A stretch of 64,000 bases of DNA, taken from positions 960,001 to 1,024,000 of the forward strand of contig JBKAGP010000001.1 in the NCBI GenBank assembly GCA_046290465.1, given 5' to 3'. Each line of letters starts with the position of its first letter. Positions within the stretch are counted from its first letter, which is position 1. The translations under genes were made by a program, and so were the position numbers. The notes under the pieces were generated by a model. The model worked only from the letters and a program-made list of their open reading frames with translations, searched no databases and was not told where the DNA came from. Positions 1-9,844 of the stretch are shown here, piece by piece. Origin of the DNA: Planctomycetota bacterium (GTDB taxonomy: Bacteria; Planctomycetota; UBA1135; UBA2386).

Positions 1-2
1 TC

Positions 3-1787
3 AGCGACGGCCGCAACAACGCCGGCCTCGACCCGGTCGAGATCGCCGCCAACTACGGCCTGCGCGGCATCCCGGTGCACACCATCGGCGTCGGCGACCC
101 CGAGCCGCCGCGCAACGCGTGGCTGGTCGGTCCGCCCGGCCCCAAGGAGGCGCTGCGCGAGGAGCAGGTCAGCTTCGACGTGACGCTGCGCGCCGAAGGC
201 CTGGCCGGCGAACCGGCCCGGATCGAACTCTCCGGCAGCCGCGACGGCGGGCCGTTCGTGCCGCTGGCGACCGCCAACGACGTGCTGCCGGCCGAGGGCG
301 AGGCGACCAAGGTGCGCGTCACCCACGCGTTCGAGGAAGCCGGCGACTGGACGTTGAAGTTCACGCTGGCTCCCGCCAAGGAGGAGTCGCAGCTCGACGA
401 CAACGAGGACATCCGCTTCCTGCGCGTCAACGACGAACGCATCCGGGTGCTGTTCTGCGACGACAAGCCGCGCTGGGAGTACCGCTACGTCAAGAACGCG
501 CTCAAGCGGGTCGACCCGAGCATCGAGATGCAGGCGATCCTGTTCGACGCCAGCCCGCGCTTCATCCAGGAGCACAGCGAAGACCTGCGGCCGATCAAGG
601 ACCTGCCGCGCACGCCCAAGGAGTTCCTCGAGTACCACGTCATCCTGATCGGTGACGTGCCGCCCGAACGGATCGCGGCGTCCGAAGAAGGCCGCCGCCA
701 GTGGCTCGAGATGCTGGTCGACTTCGTCGAGTTCGGCGGCGGCGCCGGCTTCCTGTTCGGCGACGCGGCGATGCCCGAGCGCTACCGCAACACGCTGCTG
801 CAGGACCTGCTGCCGGTCGTGCTCGAAGAGCCGGGCTGGCTCGCCAACAACCGGCCGTCGCGCGAGAACGAGTTCCGCCCGGTGCTCGAGAACCCGCTCA
901 ACCCGCACGAGATCCTGCTGCTGCAGCGCGACCCGGCGTTCAACCGGCGGCTGTGGGAACAGGGCCTGCCGGGCTTCTACGTCTACCACCCGGTGCAGCG
1001 CGCCAAGCCTGGCGCCACCGTGCTGCTGCGCCACCCCACCGACCGCAACGCCTACGGCAACCGGCCGATCGCGGTGACCGCGCCGTTCCCGCGCGGCACT
1101 ACGTTCTTCCTGGCGACCGACGAGACCTGGCGCTGGCGCGATCCGTACGCCGAGCTCTACATGGACGCGTTCTGGCGCAACGTCGTGCGGCACCTCGCGC
1201 GCGGCCGCCTGGAGCGCCGCAACGACCTGCTCGAACTGACCGTCGACAAGACGCTGTGCGAGACCGGCGACCGCGTGCGCGTGCAGCTGCGCGTGCACGA
1301 CAGCGAACTGCAGCCGGCGGTCGCCAACGAGCAGCCGATCTTCCTGCGCGACGCCGACAACGACGAGCAGAAGCGCATCCTGCGCTCGGTGCCGGGCGAA
1401 CCGGGCCTCTACCAGGCGAGCTTCACGATGGCCGAGGCCGGCGCGTTCAGCTTCCTGGTGTTCGCCAACGAGAACCCCGACGACGCGGTGCTGGCCCGCG
1501 AGGACGTGCTGGTGCGCATTCCCGACCAGGAGCTGGCCAACTCGAGCCAGGACGCCGACGCGCTGCGCCGGATCTCCGAGGCCAGCCACGGCACCGACAA
1601 CAGCGGACGTTATGTCTTCCTCGGCGACGCCACCGGCCTGGTGCCGGAGTTCGCCGACCGGAAATCCTACGAGACCCGTGAGGACACGCGCACTAGACCC
1701 GTATGGGACACGGGCTGGTCCCTGCTGCTCGTGCTGTCCGTGCTGGGGCTCGAATGGCTGCTGCGCAAGCGGGCGCGGCTGATCTAG
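3..1787 (+). CDS. vWA / glutamine-amidotransferase-like domain membrane protein (5' truncated by window edge)
   Basis: Frame open from position 3 (SDGRNNAG...GIPVHTIGVGDP, vWA tail). RVLFCDDKPRWEYRYVKNAL and DETWRWR motifs, C-terminal TM helix ending EWLLRKRARLI. Strong GC3 bias. Confidence 0.75.
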   Translation, partial: SDGRNNAGLDPVEIAANYGLRGIPVHTIGVGDPEPPRNAWLVGPPGPKEALREEQVSFDVTLRAEGLAGEPARIELSGSRDGGPFVPLATANDVLPAEGEATKVRVTHAFEEAGDWTLKFTLAPAKEESQLDDNEDIRFLRVNDERIRVLFCDDKPRWEYRYVKNALKRVDPSIEMQAILFDASPRFIQEHSEDLRPIKDLPRTPKEFLEYHVILIGDVPPERIAASEEGRRQWLEMLVDFVEFGGGAGFLFGDAAMPERYRNTLLQDLLPVVLEEPGWLANNRPSRENEFRPVLENPLNPHEILLLQRDPAFNRRLWEQGLPGFYVYHPVQRAKPGATVLLRHPTDRNAYGNRPIAVTAPFPRGTTFFLATDETWRWRDPYAELYMDAFWRNVVRHLARGRLERRNDLLELTVDKTLCETGDRVRVQLRVHDSELQPAVANEQPIFLRDADNDEQKRILRSVPGEPGLYQASFTMAEAGAFSFLVFANENPDDAVLAREDVLVRIPDQELANSSQDADALRRISEASHGTDNSGRYVFLGDATGLVPEFADRKSYETREDTRTRPVWDTGWSLLLVLSVLGLEWLLRKRARLI

Positions 1788-1810
1788 GCCCAATCGAACG
1801 GAGGCTACCG

Positions 1811-4800
1811 ATGCACGGTGTTCCGAGCAAATCCAGGACCGCGGCCCGAAGCGGCGCGCGGCGACGTCTCGCGACGCTGCTCGCCAGCGCCGCCACCTTG
1901 CTGTCGGTAGTCACGCTGCTGTCCGCCAGTGCCGCGGCGCAGTGGCGGCCGGTCCGCACGGTGCCGGCGCCGATCGACTTCGCCACCAGCCAGAACGACA
2001 ACCTGTTCTCGCTGGTCCGCTCCCAGGACGACATCCACGCCCTCGAGACCGCCATCCGCGAACTCGCCGAGGGCAAGCACGACGCCGCCGTGCGCCGCCT
2101 GCACGAACTGCTGCGCATCGACCCGATCGGCGTGGTGCCGGTCGCGCCCGGCCGCTACCTCGGCACCCGCAACGCGGTGATCGCGGTGCTCGCCAACATG
2201 TCGCCGGCCGCCGTCGACCTCTACGAGGAGTTCGCCGCGCGCGAGGCCGGCAACCTGATGGCGCGGCCGCTGCACGAGCTCTCGCCGAGCCGCCTCGACC
2301 AGCTCGCCGACCGCTTCCCCACCACCCGCAAGGGCCTGGCCGCGCGCCTGCTGCTCGGCGACCGCGCGCTCGAGCGAGGCGACGGACTGGCCGCCTCAGA
2401 CCACTACCGCGCCGCGCTCGACGCCACCGCCATCGGCTCCAACGACGAGGAGCGCGTGATCGAGCGCCTCGAGGTCGCGCACGTGCTGGTCGATCCCGTC
2501 TCGGCGCGCGCCGACGCCGAGACCCGGTCCCTGCACCAGGCCGCCGGCGACGTGCTGCCGACGATTCCGGCGCCCGCACCCCGCCAGACTGCGATCGGCG
2601 GCGGCCGCTCGGGCCGCACGCCGATGGACGAACCGGTCGGCGATCCGTCGTCGTTCTGGCGCGAGGAGGTGGTCGCGCCCGGCTTCACCCAGCGCGAGAA
2701 GGGCGAACTCGCGATGTTCCCGACCGGCGACCTCGACACGATGTTCGTCGCCAACGGCCGCGAACTGATCGCGCTCGACCCGTTGAGCCAGTCGATCCGC
2801 TGGGTGTCGGTCTCGCCGCTGCGCGACTTCGGCATGGACGACTACGACCGCGACGAGGACCGCGAGCGTCGCCGCGGCCGTCGACGTGGCCGCGGCCGCA
2901 GCCGCTGGTCGAACGCCGGCGACACGATCAACCAGGACATGGTGCTGTCGGCGGCCGTCACCGACGACGTCGTGGTCGCCGCCCTGCAGGTCCCCGACAC
3001 CGGCGCCAACGTCGACTTCCAGGGCAGCTTCCGGATCATGTCGAAGATCCCCCAGCGGCGCCTGTTCGCGTTCTCGCGCCAGACCGGCAAGGTGCTGTGG
3101 CGGCACTTCGACGAGATCGACGGCCCTCGCACCCGCCGCTACCGCGGCCACGACTCGTGCGGCCCGCCAATCATCGCCGGCGACACCGTCTACGCGCCGA
3201 TCCACGACCGCTCCGGCGCGATCGCGTTCTCGGTGGCCGCCTACGACCTGCGCGACGGCACCCTCAAGTGGCGCCGCCTGGTCTGCTCGAGCCAGCAGGA
3301 CGTCAACATGTTCGGCAACGCGCGCATGGAGTACGCGTCGTCGCCGCTGGCGCTGCACCACGGCGTGCTCTACGGCGCCACCAACCTCGGCGTCGCGTTC
3401 GCCGTCGACGCGCTCAGCGGCCGCGTGCGCTGGATCACGTCGTACGACGTCGTGCGCATGCCGAAGGCGATGCTGCACAACCAGGCCGACCGCCAGGTCT
3501 ACTTCGCCAACAACTCGCCGGTGGTCGCCGACGGCATCGTCTGCATGACGCCGCTCGATTCGCAGCACGCGCTCGGCTTGGACGCCGACGGCGGCAACGT
3601 CGTCTGGCGGCTGCCGTTCGACGCCCGCATCGGCGGCATCGAGAACCGCGTGCAGTGGCTGTGCGGCGCCCTCGATGACGAGTTCGTGCTGTCCGGCGCC
3701 GGCGTCGTCGCGGTCAAGGCGCGGCCCGAATCGGTGTTCGACCGTCGCCCGGTGTTCCGCCAGCTGGTCCGTCCCGACCAGATCGGCGACCGTCGCCGCA
3801 TCCGGATGCCGGCGCGGCCAGCGGTCACCGCCGACCACGTCTACGTGCCGACCGTCGACCGCGTGCTGGCGTTCGACCGCGCCGGCAACCCGCACCAGAG
3901 CCGCCCGCGGATCGAACTGAACGGCTACCAGCCCGGCAACCTGATGCTGGTCGACGGCGCGATCGCGTCGCTGCGCAGCCGCGCGTTCGAGCTGGCGCTC
4001 GACCCGGCCGCGCTGCTGCAGCGCAGCGAGGCCCGCGTGCGCGCCAACCCGGACGACCCCAACGCGCTGCTGCAGCTGGCGACGCTGCGGCGCTCGCTGC
4101 AGGGCAGCAACGCAACGGTCGCCGAGGCGGCCGCCGTGCAGGAACTCTACCGCCGCGGCCTGCAGGCGTGCATCGACCGCGGCCTGCCGGCCGGCCACCC
4201 GACCCGCCAGGCGCTGCAGCGCGAGCTGTTCGATCAGGCGCTCAAGGTCGCGCAGTCGGCCGCCGACGCCGGCGCCGCCGACACGCTCGAACGGCTGGCC
4301 ATCGCGCGCGACCTGGCCCCCGACGACGAACACTGGATCGAGGTGCACACCCAGGTGCTGTCCCGCTGCCGCAGCGACCGCGACCGCTTCCTGCGCGAAC
4401 TGCAGCGTCTCGAACAGCGCGCCCCGGCCGGCGTGATGCCGTCGCCGCTGCGCATGCGCGTCGCGGCGTTCGTGCTGTGGCAGCGCGCGATCGCCTACGA
4501 GGACGAACCGAAGCAGGCCGTGCTGCTGTGGCAGCGCCTGCTCGAGACCTACGGCACGGAGCCGGTCGGCGGTGAGACCGCCGGCGCGATCGCCGAGCAC
4601 TCGCTGTCCCGGCTGATCGAGGAGCACGGCCGCGCCGCCTACGCCGCCATCGACGAGCGCGCCGTCGAGGCCCTGCAGGCGGCCGGCAACGACCCGGGGT
4701 CGCTCGAGGCGGTCACCCGCCGCTTCCCGAACAGCCTCGCCTCCGAACGCGCCGGCATGCGCCTGCTCGACCGCGCCGTCGAGGAAGGCGACCTCGGCGT

Positions 4801-6361
4801 CGCCTGCGCGGTGCTGGCGCGAGCGGTGCGCACCGAGCAGCTGGCGCCGGGGATCCTGCGGCGGGTGCAGGTCGCGGCGATCAACCGCGGCAACCGGCCG
4901 CTGGCCGCCTCGATGGCGGACCTGCTGGACGCGCATCCCGACGCGCCGTCGGACTGGCAGGACGACGCCGGCAAGTCGTTCGCGCAGGCCGGTCGCGACG
5001 CGCTGACGGCGATGACCGCGATGCCCGCGCCGCCGGCGACGCAGGTGCCCGCGCGCGAGGTCGCCAAGATCAAGCCGCGCACCCGCCAGGAGTACGTGCG
5101 CATGCTGCCGACCCGCACCGGCCGCGGCTTCACGCGCCCCGAGGACGCACCGATCTACGTGGTCGCCGGCAGCGACCTGGTCGCGTTCGACCTGCAGGGA
5201 GGCCGCTCGGTCGAGCTGTTCAGCGAGTCGGTCGAGTTCCTCGAACACTGCATCGTCTGCGGCACGACCCTGGTCGTGCCCGACATGGAGCGCCTGTTCG
5301 CGGTCGACTACCGCAGCGGCGAGCTGCGCTGGGAACTCGAGTTCGAGCAACCGCGGCTGATCGAGAGCCTCGGGATCACCAACGGCGTGCTGCACATCTC
5401 GGCGCAGCCGGCGATCCCCGACGGCAACAGCGAACTGATCGGCGTCGAACCGCTGACCGGCACGCGGCTGTTCCAGCGCTCGCTCGACGACCGGCGCCTG
5501 AAGCCGAAGCCGACGTCCGACCAGCTGCTGCTGATGGCGGTGCAGGACGGCGCCGCGTTCGTCGAGCGCATCGACCCGATCACCGGCCGCGCGCTGTCGC
5601 GCATCGACTGCAAGCAGGCGCTCGGTCCCGACCGCCTGCAGCTGCGCCCCGACAGCCTCGCGACGCGCCTCTACCCGCAGGGCATCAGCGGCGACGCGCG
5701 CCACCTGTACCTGCCGGTCGACGGCCGCAGCCAGGAGAACACCCGGCCGCAGCTGTTCGCGCTGACCGACGACGGCGAGGTCTCCTGGCGCTGGCAGGGA
5801 ACCGAGGGCATGCACCTGCTGATGGCGCAGCGCCGCGGCGAGCGCTTCGTGGTCGCCGAAGCGAGCGACCAGCGCAGCTGCCGCATGGTGCTGCTCGACG
5901 CCAACAGCGGCCAGGAGCTGCGCGCGGTCGACATCGGCCACGACGCCGCGATCCTCAACTGGGAGCGGTCGTGGCTCGACAACCCGGCGCCGCCGATCGT
6001 CGCCATCGGCTCCGAGATCGACCGCCAGGAACACCAGCGGCAGCTGATCTGCTTCGCCGTCGAGGACGGACCGTCGTTCGCCGTGCCGCTGCGCCCCAGC
6101 GACGGCGACGTCGAACGCATGCCGCTGTTCGGCGACGGCTTCGTCACCTTCGGGGTGCGGGCGCGCAGCGCCGGCCAGCCGTTCCGCATCTACGCGATCG
6201 ACCTCGAGAGCCGCCGCGGCGCGTTCGCCGGCAACACCAAGGACCGCGCCGTGCCGAGCCCGGGCTCCCCCCATGGGATGACCGGCGTCGGACCGTACAC
6301 TGTGCTTTCGACCACGCAGGGCCTGATTCTGCTGGGCGAGGCACCGGACCAGAACCGATGA
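1811..6361 (+). CDS. Large secreted PQQ-binding-like beta-propeller protein with helical/TPR-like segments
   Basis: ATG at 1811 after GGAGG. Signal peptide (LLSVVTLLSASAAAQ). Repeated AxDxxxGxxxW motifs (AYDLRDGTLKW, AVDALSGRVRW, AVDYRSGELRW). Confidence 0.8.
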   Translation: MHGVPSKSRTAARSGARRRLATLLASAATLLSVVTLLSASAAAQWRPVRTVPAPIDFATSQNDNLFSLVRSQDDIHALETAIRELAEGKHDAAVRRLHELLRIDPIGVVPVAPGRYLGTRNAVIAVLANMSPAAVDLYEEFAAREAGNLMARPLHELSPSRLDQLADRFPTTRKGLAARLLLGDRALERGDGLAASDHYRAALDATAIGSNDEERVIERLEVAHVLVDPVSARADAETRSLHQAAGDVLPTIPAPAPRQTAIGGGRSGRTPMDEPVGDPSSFWREEVVAPGFTQREKGELAMFPTGDLDTMFVANGRELIALDPLSQSIRWVSVSPLRDFGMDDYDRDEDRERRRGRRRGRGRSRWSNAGDTINQDMVLSAAVTDDVVVAALQVPDTGANVDFQGSFRIMSKIPQRRLFAFSRQTGKVLWRHFDEIDGPRTRRYRGHDSCGPPIIAGDTVYAPIHDRSGAIAFSVAAYDLRDGTLKWRRLVCSSQQDVNMFGNARMEYASSPLALHHGVLYGATNLGVAFAVDALSGRVRWITSYDVVRMPKAMLHNQADRQVYFANNSPVVADGIVCMTPLDSQHALGLDADGGNVVWRLPFDARIGGIENRVQWLCGALDDEFVLSGAGVVAVKARPESVFDRRPVFRQLVRPDQIGDRRRIRMPARPAVTADHVYVPTVDRVLAFDRAGNPHQSRPRIELNGYQPGNLMLVDGAIASLRSRAFELALDPAALLQRSEARVRANPDDPNALLQLATLRRSLQGSNATVAEAAAVQELYRRGLQACIDRGLPAGHPTRQALQRELFDQALKVAQSAADAGAADTLERLAIARDLAPDDEHWIEVHTQVLSRCRSDRDRFLRELQRLEQRAPAGVMPSPLRMRVAAFVLWQRAIAYEDEPKQAVLLWQRLLETYGTEPVGGETAGAIAEHSLSRLIEEHGRAAYAAIDERAVEALQAAGNDPGSLEAVTRRFPNSLASERAGMRLLDRAVEEGDLGVACAVLARAVRTEQLAPGILRRVQVAAINRGNRPLAASMADLLDAHPDAPSDWQDDAGKSFAQAGRDALTAMTAMPAPPATQVPAREVAKIKPRTRQEYVRMLPTRTGRGFTRPEDAPIYVVAGSDLVAFDLQGGRSVELFSESVEFLEHCIVCGTTLVVPDMERLFAVDYRSGELRWELEFEQPRLIESLGITNGVLHISAQPAIPDGNSELIGVEPLTGTRLFQRSLDDRRLKPKPTSDQLLLMAVQDGAAFVERIDPITGRALSRIDCKQALGPDRLQLRPDSLATRLYPQGISGDARHLYLPVDGRSQENTRPQLFALTDDGEVSWRWQGTEGMHLLMAQRRGERFVVAEASDQRSCRMVLLDANSGQELRAVDIGHDAAILNWERSWLDNPAPPIVAIGSEIDRQEHQRQLICFAVEDGPSFAVPLRPSDGDVERMPLFGDGFVTFGVRARSAGQPFRIYAIDLESRRGAFAGNTKDRAVPSPGSPHGMTGVGPYTVLSTTQGLILLGEAPDQNR

Positions 6362-6368
6362 GAACCAG

Positions 6369-7499
6369 ATGACGCGCTTGCACATGATCCCGTTCGCGCT
6401 GCTCGCGACGCTCGCCTGCACCGGCGCGGCGATGGCGCAGGAGACGCTGCGCCGCGGCGCCAGCAACGAGCAGCTCATCGACGACGAACTCCGGCGAGCC
6501 GTGGCCCGCGGCCACGAGTGGCTGGCGGCGCACCAGCACCGCGACGGCTACTGGTCGGAGCTGGTCGGCTACAAGCTCAACACCAACTACGAGACGCTCG
6601 ACGAACGGCCGCTGCCGCACGTCGGCGTGACCTCGCTGGCGTTGATGAGCTTCCTCGCCGGCGGCCACCTGCCCGGCCGCGGCAAGTACGGCAAGGTGCT
6701 CAGCAACGGCCTCGACTTCGTGCTGCGCAGCGCCCAGGACGACGGCCAGATCATGTCCAACGGCACGCGCATGTACAGCCACGCATTCGCGACGCTGTTC
6801 CTCGCCGAGGTCTACGGCATGGTCGAGCGCGACGACGTCAAGCGCGTGCTGCAGCGCTCAGTCGACCTGATCGTCGACTCGCAGAACGCCGAGGGCGGCT
6901 GGCGCTACCGGCCGTTCGCGCGCGAGTCGGACATGTCGATCACGGTCTGCCAGGTGCTGGCGCTGCGCTCGGCGCGCAACGTCGGCATCCACGTGCCGAT
7001 CAACACGATCAAGAACGCGCAGAGCTACGTCTACCGCAGCGCCGTGCGCAGCAACGACCGCAGCTACCGCTACCGCGGCCACGGCGGCTATGGCGACCAG
7101 GGCGGCAGCTTCCGCTACCAGAACCGCGAGCACACCCGCGCGACCTTCCCGCTGACCGCGGCCGGCGTGACCACGCTCTACGCCGCCGGCGAGTACGACA
7201 GCCCGATCATCCGCGACGCGCTCGACTACATGGACCGCCAGGTCAACGGCTTCAGCCGCGACTGGCGCGGCCACTACTTCTTCTTCTACGGCCACTACTA
7301 CGCCGTCCAGGCCTACTACATCACCGGCGACCCGAAGTGGCAGCGCTACTTCCGCACCATCAAGCGCATGCTGCTCGACAGCCAGCAGGGCAACGGCCGC
7401 TGGCGCTGCCAGGTCGGCCCCGGTGACGCGTTCGGCACCGCCGTCGCGACCCTGATCCTGCAGATCCCGCTGCAGTACCTCCCGATCTTCCAACGCTGA
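6369..7499 (+). CDS. Secreted prenyltransferase/squalene-cyclase repeat protein
   Basis: Signal peptide. QW-type repeats HQHRDGYW, SQNAEGGWRY, SQQGNGRW; SDMSITVCQVLALRSA and YFFFYGHYYAVQA segments typical of the family. Confidence 0.85.
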   Translation: MTRLHMIPFALLATLACTGAAMAQETLRRGASNEQLIDDELRRAVARGHEWLAAHQHRDGYWSELVGYKLNTNYETLDERPLPHVGVTSLALMSFLAGGHLPGRGKYGKVLSNGLDFVLRSAQDDGQIMSNGTRMYSHAFATLFLAEVYGMVERDDVKRVLQRSVDLIVDSQNAEGGWRYRPFARESDMSITVCQVLALRSARNVGIHVPINTIKNAQSYVYRSAVRSNDRSYRYRGHGGYGDQGGSFRYQNREHTRATFPLTAAGVTTLYAAGEYDSPIIRDALDYMDRQVNGFSRDWRGHYFFFYGHYYAVQAYYITGDPKWQRYFRTIKRMLLDSQQGNGRWRCQVGPGDAFGTAVATLILQIPLQYLPIFQR

Positions 7500-9844
7500 T
7501 GCCGACTCCCGCAGGTAACGACCCCGTCACCGCACAACTGCGCCCGCTGCTGGCCCGCCAGCTCGGCAAGCTGCGCAGTCGCTACCTGCTGTATGGCCTC
7601 GCCAAGGCGCTGCTGTGGACCACGGCGCTGGTGGTGCTGTTCTTCGTGCTCGACCGCTGGCTGCGGCTGCCGACGCCGATCCGCCTGCTGCACACCGCCG
7701 CGACCGTCGCCGCGTGCGGCTACGCGATCGTGCACTTCGTGCGCTACCCGATGAGCCGGCGCTTCACCGACTTCGACCTGGCGATGTGGATGGAGAACAC
7801 CTACCCGGACCTGCACCAGCGGCTGGTCAGCGCCGTGCAGCTGCACCAGGCCTCGGCCGACGCCGCCGGCAACGGCGAACTGCGCAACCAGTCGCGCGCG
7901 ATGATCGACCGGCTCTGGCAGGAGACCGCCGAACGCACCCGCGAGCTGCGCCTCGACGCGCTGTTCGACAACCGCGCCCTCAACCGCGTGCTCGGCGGCG
8001 CCGCACTGCTGTCGCTGACGCTCGGCATCGGCGCGCTGCTGTCGCCCGAGACCGCCCGCACGTTCGTGCTGCGCCACCTCGGCGTGCAGGTCGACTACCC
8101 GCGCGACACCACGCTGATCGTCGAGCTGCCGCCAGCCGGTCCCGACCTGCAGCGCACCGACCGCGCCGGCGAGACCGAGCTGGTGCTGCCCGCCGGCGCC
8201 GACCTGCACGTCAGCGTGCTGGCCGAAGGCGTGGTGCCGAAGGAGGCGTTCCTCGACCTGCGCACGCTGCGCGACGACGGCGCGACCGGCTCGACCCGCA
8301 GCGTGCCGCTGACGCCGCGGCCCGGCGACCGCTTCCGCCACGTGTTCCGCCGGCTGTCCGGCGCGTTCGAGTTCCGCGCGCGCGGCGGCGACGACGACCA
8401 GGGCGACCGGCTGGTGATCGTTCGCACCGTGCGGCCGGCCCAGGTCGCGACGCTGACCGCGTCGATCGAACCGCCGGCCTACACCGGCGTCGACCGCATC
8501 GAACAGCAGGGCGGCGCCATCGAGGCGCTGGTCGGCAGCGCCGTGCAGCTGACCGTGCAGGTCACCGCGCCGGTGCGCGAGGCCCAGCTGGTGTTCCTCG
8601 AGAACGGCCGCAAGGTGCCGCTCGAGGCCGTGCAGCTGCAGGACGACGGCGGCGCGTCGACCGGCTTCCGCGGCGCGTTCGTGCTGCAGGCCAGTGACCG
8701 CTACCAGATCGAGCTGGTCGCCGACAACGGCCTGCGCAACCCCAACCCCGGCACCTACCCGATCTCGGCGCTGCAGGACTATGCGCCGGTCGGCCGCTGG
8801 CTGCTGCCCGAGGACGACACGCTGGCGCTGCTGCCGACCGGCCTGCTGTGCCTGCGCGTCGACGCGCGCGACGACTTCGGCCTGACCGCGGTCGACCTGA
8901 GCATCGAACGCGCCGGCGACGTCGTGCTGACCCGCCCGCTGCTCGAAGGGGTCGCGCCCGAGGGCCAGCCAGCCGAACCGGTCAAGCGGATCTTCCCGAC
9001 CCAGCTGTTCGAGGTGCGCGACCTGCTCGGCGACTCCCAGACCGGCGAGGGCCTGTTCGCGCGGCTGGAGCTGCGCGACAACAAGGACCCCGCACCCGGC
9101 ACCGCCGAACTGCCGCGCCGGATCGTGCAGATCGTCGACCCCCAACAGCTGGCCGGCCTGATCGCCAAGAGCTTCCGCCGCCTGCGCGAGACCGTCGAGC
9201 AGGCCGACGCGATCCAGCAGGACCGCAAGGAGCGGCTCGCCGAGCTGATCGGCCGCCAGCAGGAGGGCGCCAACGCCGCCGGCCCCGGCGAGGTCGCGCA
9301 GATCCTGACCGGCGTCGAGGTCGGCCAGGGCCGCATCCAGAGCTCGATCCAGCGGGTCCACCTGGGCCTGATGCGGGCGTTCGACCTGCACCTGTGGAAC
9401 CGCCTCGAGACCAGCCAGCACGCCGCCACCGTCGTGGAACTGTTCCGCGAACATGCGGCGAAGCTGACCGAACCCATGGCAGTCGACCCGGCCTTCTACC
9501 GCGACCTGATCGCCCGACGTAAGGCGGGGACGCTCGGTGCGATGGAGACCACGCTCGACCCGATCCTGACCATGATCGACCTGACCGACCAGCTGGCGAT
9601 CGACGACGCCCCCGAGGTGGCGCGGCTGCTGGCGAAGGCGCAGGTCGCCCGTGGGGACGGCGACCGCATGCCGTTGCTGGCCGAGGTGCAGCAGCGTCAA
9701 CAGCACATCGAAGAGGTCCTCAAGCAGCTGCTGCTGCGGCTCGAGGAATGGAACGACTACCAGGACCTGGTGCAGGAGGTGCGGGCGCTGCGCGACCGCC
9801 AGCGCGACCTCCAGAACCGGACCGAAGAAGCGCGAGGCAAGTGA
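7499..9844 (+). CDS. Membrane-anchored protein (three N-terminal TM helices, Ig-like middle region, coiled-coil C-terminus; DUF4175-like)
   Basis: TGATG coupling to the upstream gene. TM segments, RLVSAVQL, PPAYTG and ARDDFGL motifs. Confidence 0.7.
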   Translation: MPTPAGNDPVTAQLRPLLARQLGKLRSRYLLYGLAKALLWTTALVVLFFVLDRWLRLPTPIRLLHTAATVAACGYAIVHFVRYPMSRRFTDFDLAMWMENTYPDLHQRLVSAVQLHQASADAAGNGELRNQSRAMIDRLWQETAERTRELRLDALFDNRALNRVLGGAALLSLTLGIGALLSPETARTFVLRHLGVQVDYPRDTTLIVELPPAGPDLQRTDRAGETELVLPAGADLHVSVLAEGVVPKEAFLDLRTLRDDGATGSTRSVPLTPRPGDRFRHVFRRLSGAFEFRARGGDDDQGDRLVIVRTVRPAQVATLTASIEPPAYTGVDRIEQQGGAIEALVGSAVQLTVQVTAPVREAQLVFLENGRKVPLEAVQLQDDGGASTGFRGAFVLQASDRYQIELVADNGLRNPNPGTYPISALQDYAPVGRWLLPEDDTLALLPTGLLCLRVDARDDFGLTAVDLSIERAGDVVLTRPLLEGVAPEGQPAEPVKRIFPTQLFEVRDLLGDSQTGEGLFARLELRDNKDPAPGTAELPRRIVQIVDPQQLAGLIAKSFRRLRETVEQADAIQQDRKERLAELIGRQQEGANAAGPGEVAQILTGVEVGQGRIQSSIQRVHLGLMRAFDLHLWNRLETSQHAATVVELFREHAAKLTEPMAVDPAFYRDLIARRKAGTLGAMETTLDPILTMIDLTDQLAIDDAPEVARLLAKAQVARGDGDRMPLLAEVQQRQQHIEEVLKQLLLRLEEWNDYQDLVQEVRALRDRQRDLQNRTEEARGK

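Noticed and set aside
2396..6478. 1360-aa antisense ORF and other long overlapping ORFs (e.g. 7346-9706, 44257-46284, 51064-53139, 60420-63506)
   Set aside because: Shadow frames of strongly GC3-biased genes; no family motifs, and the opposite strand carries recognisable proteins.
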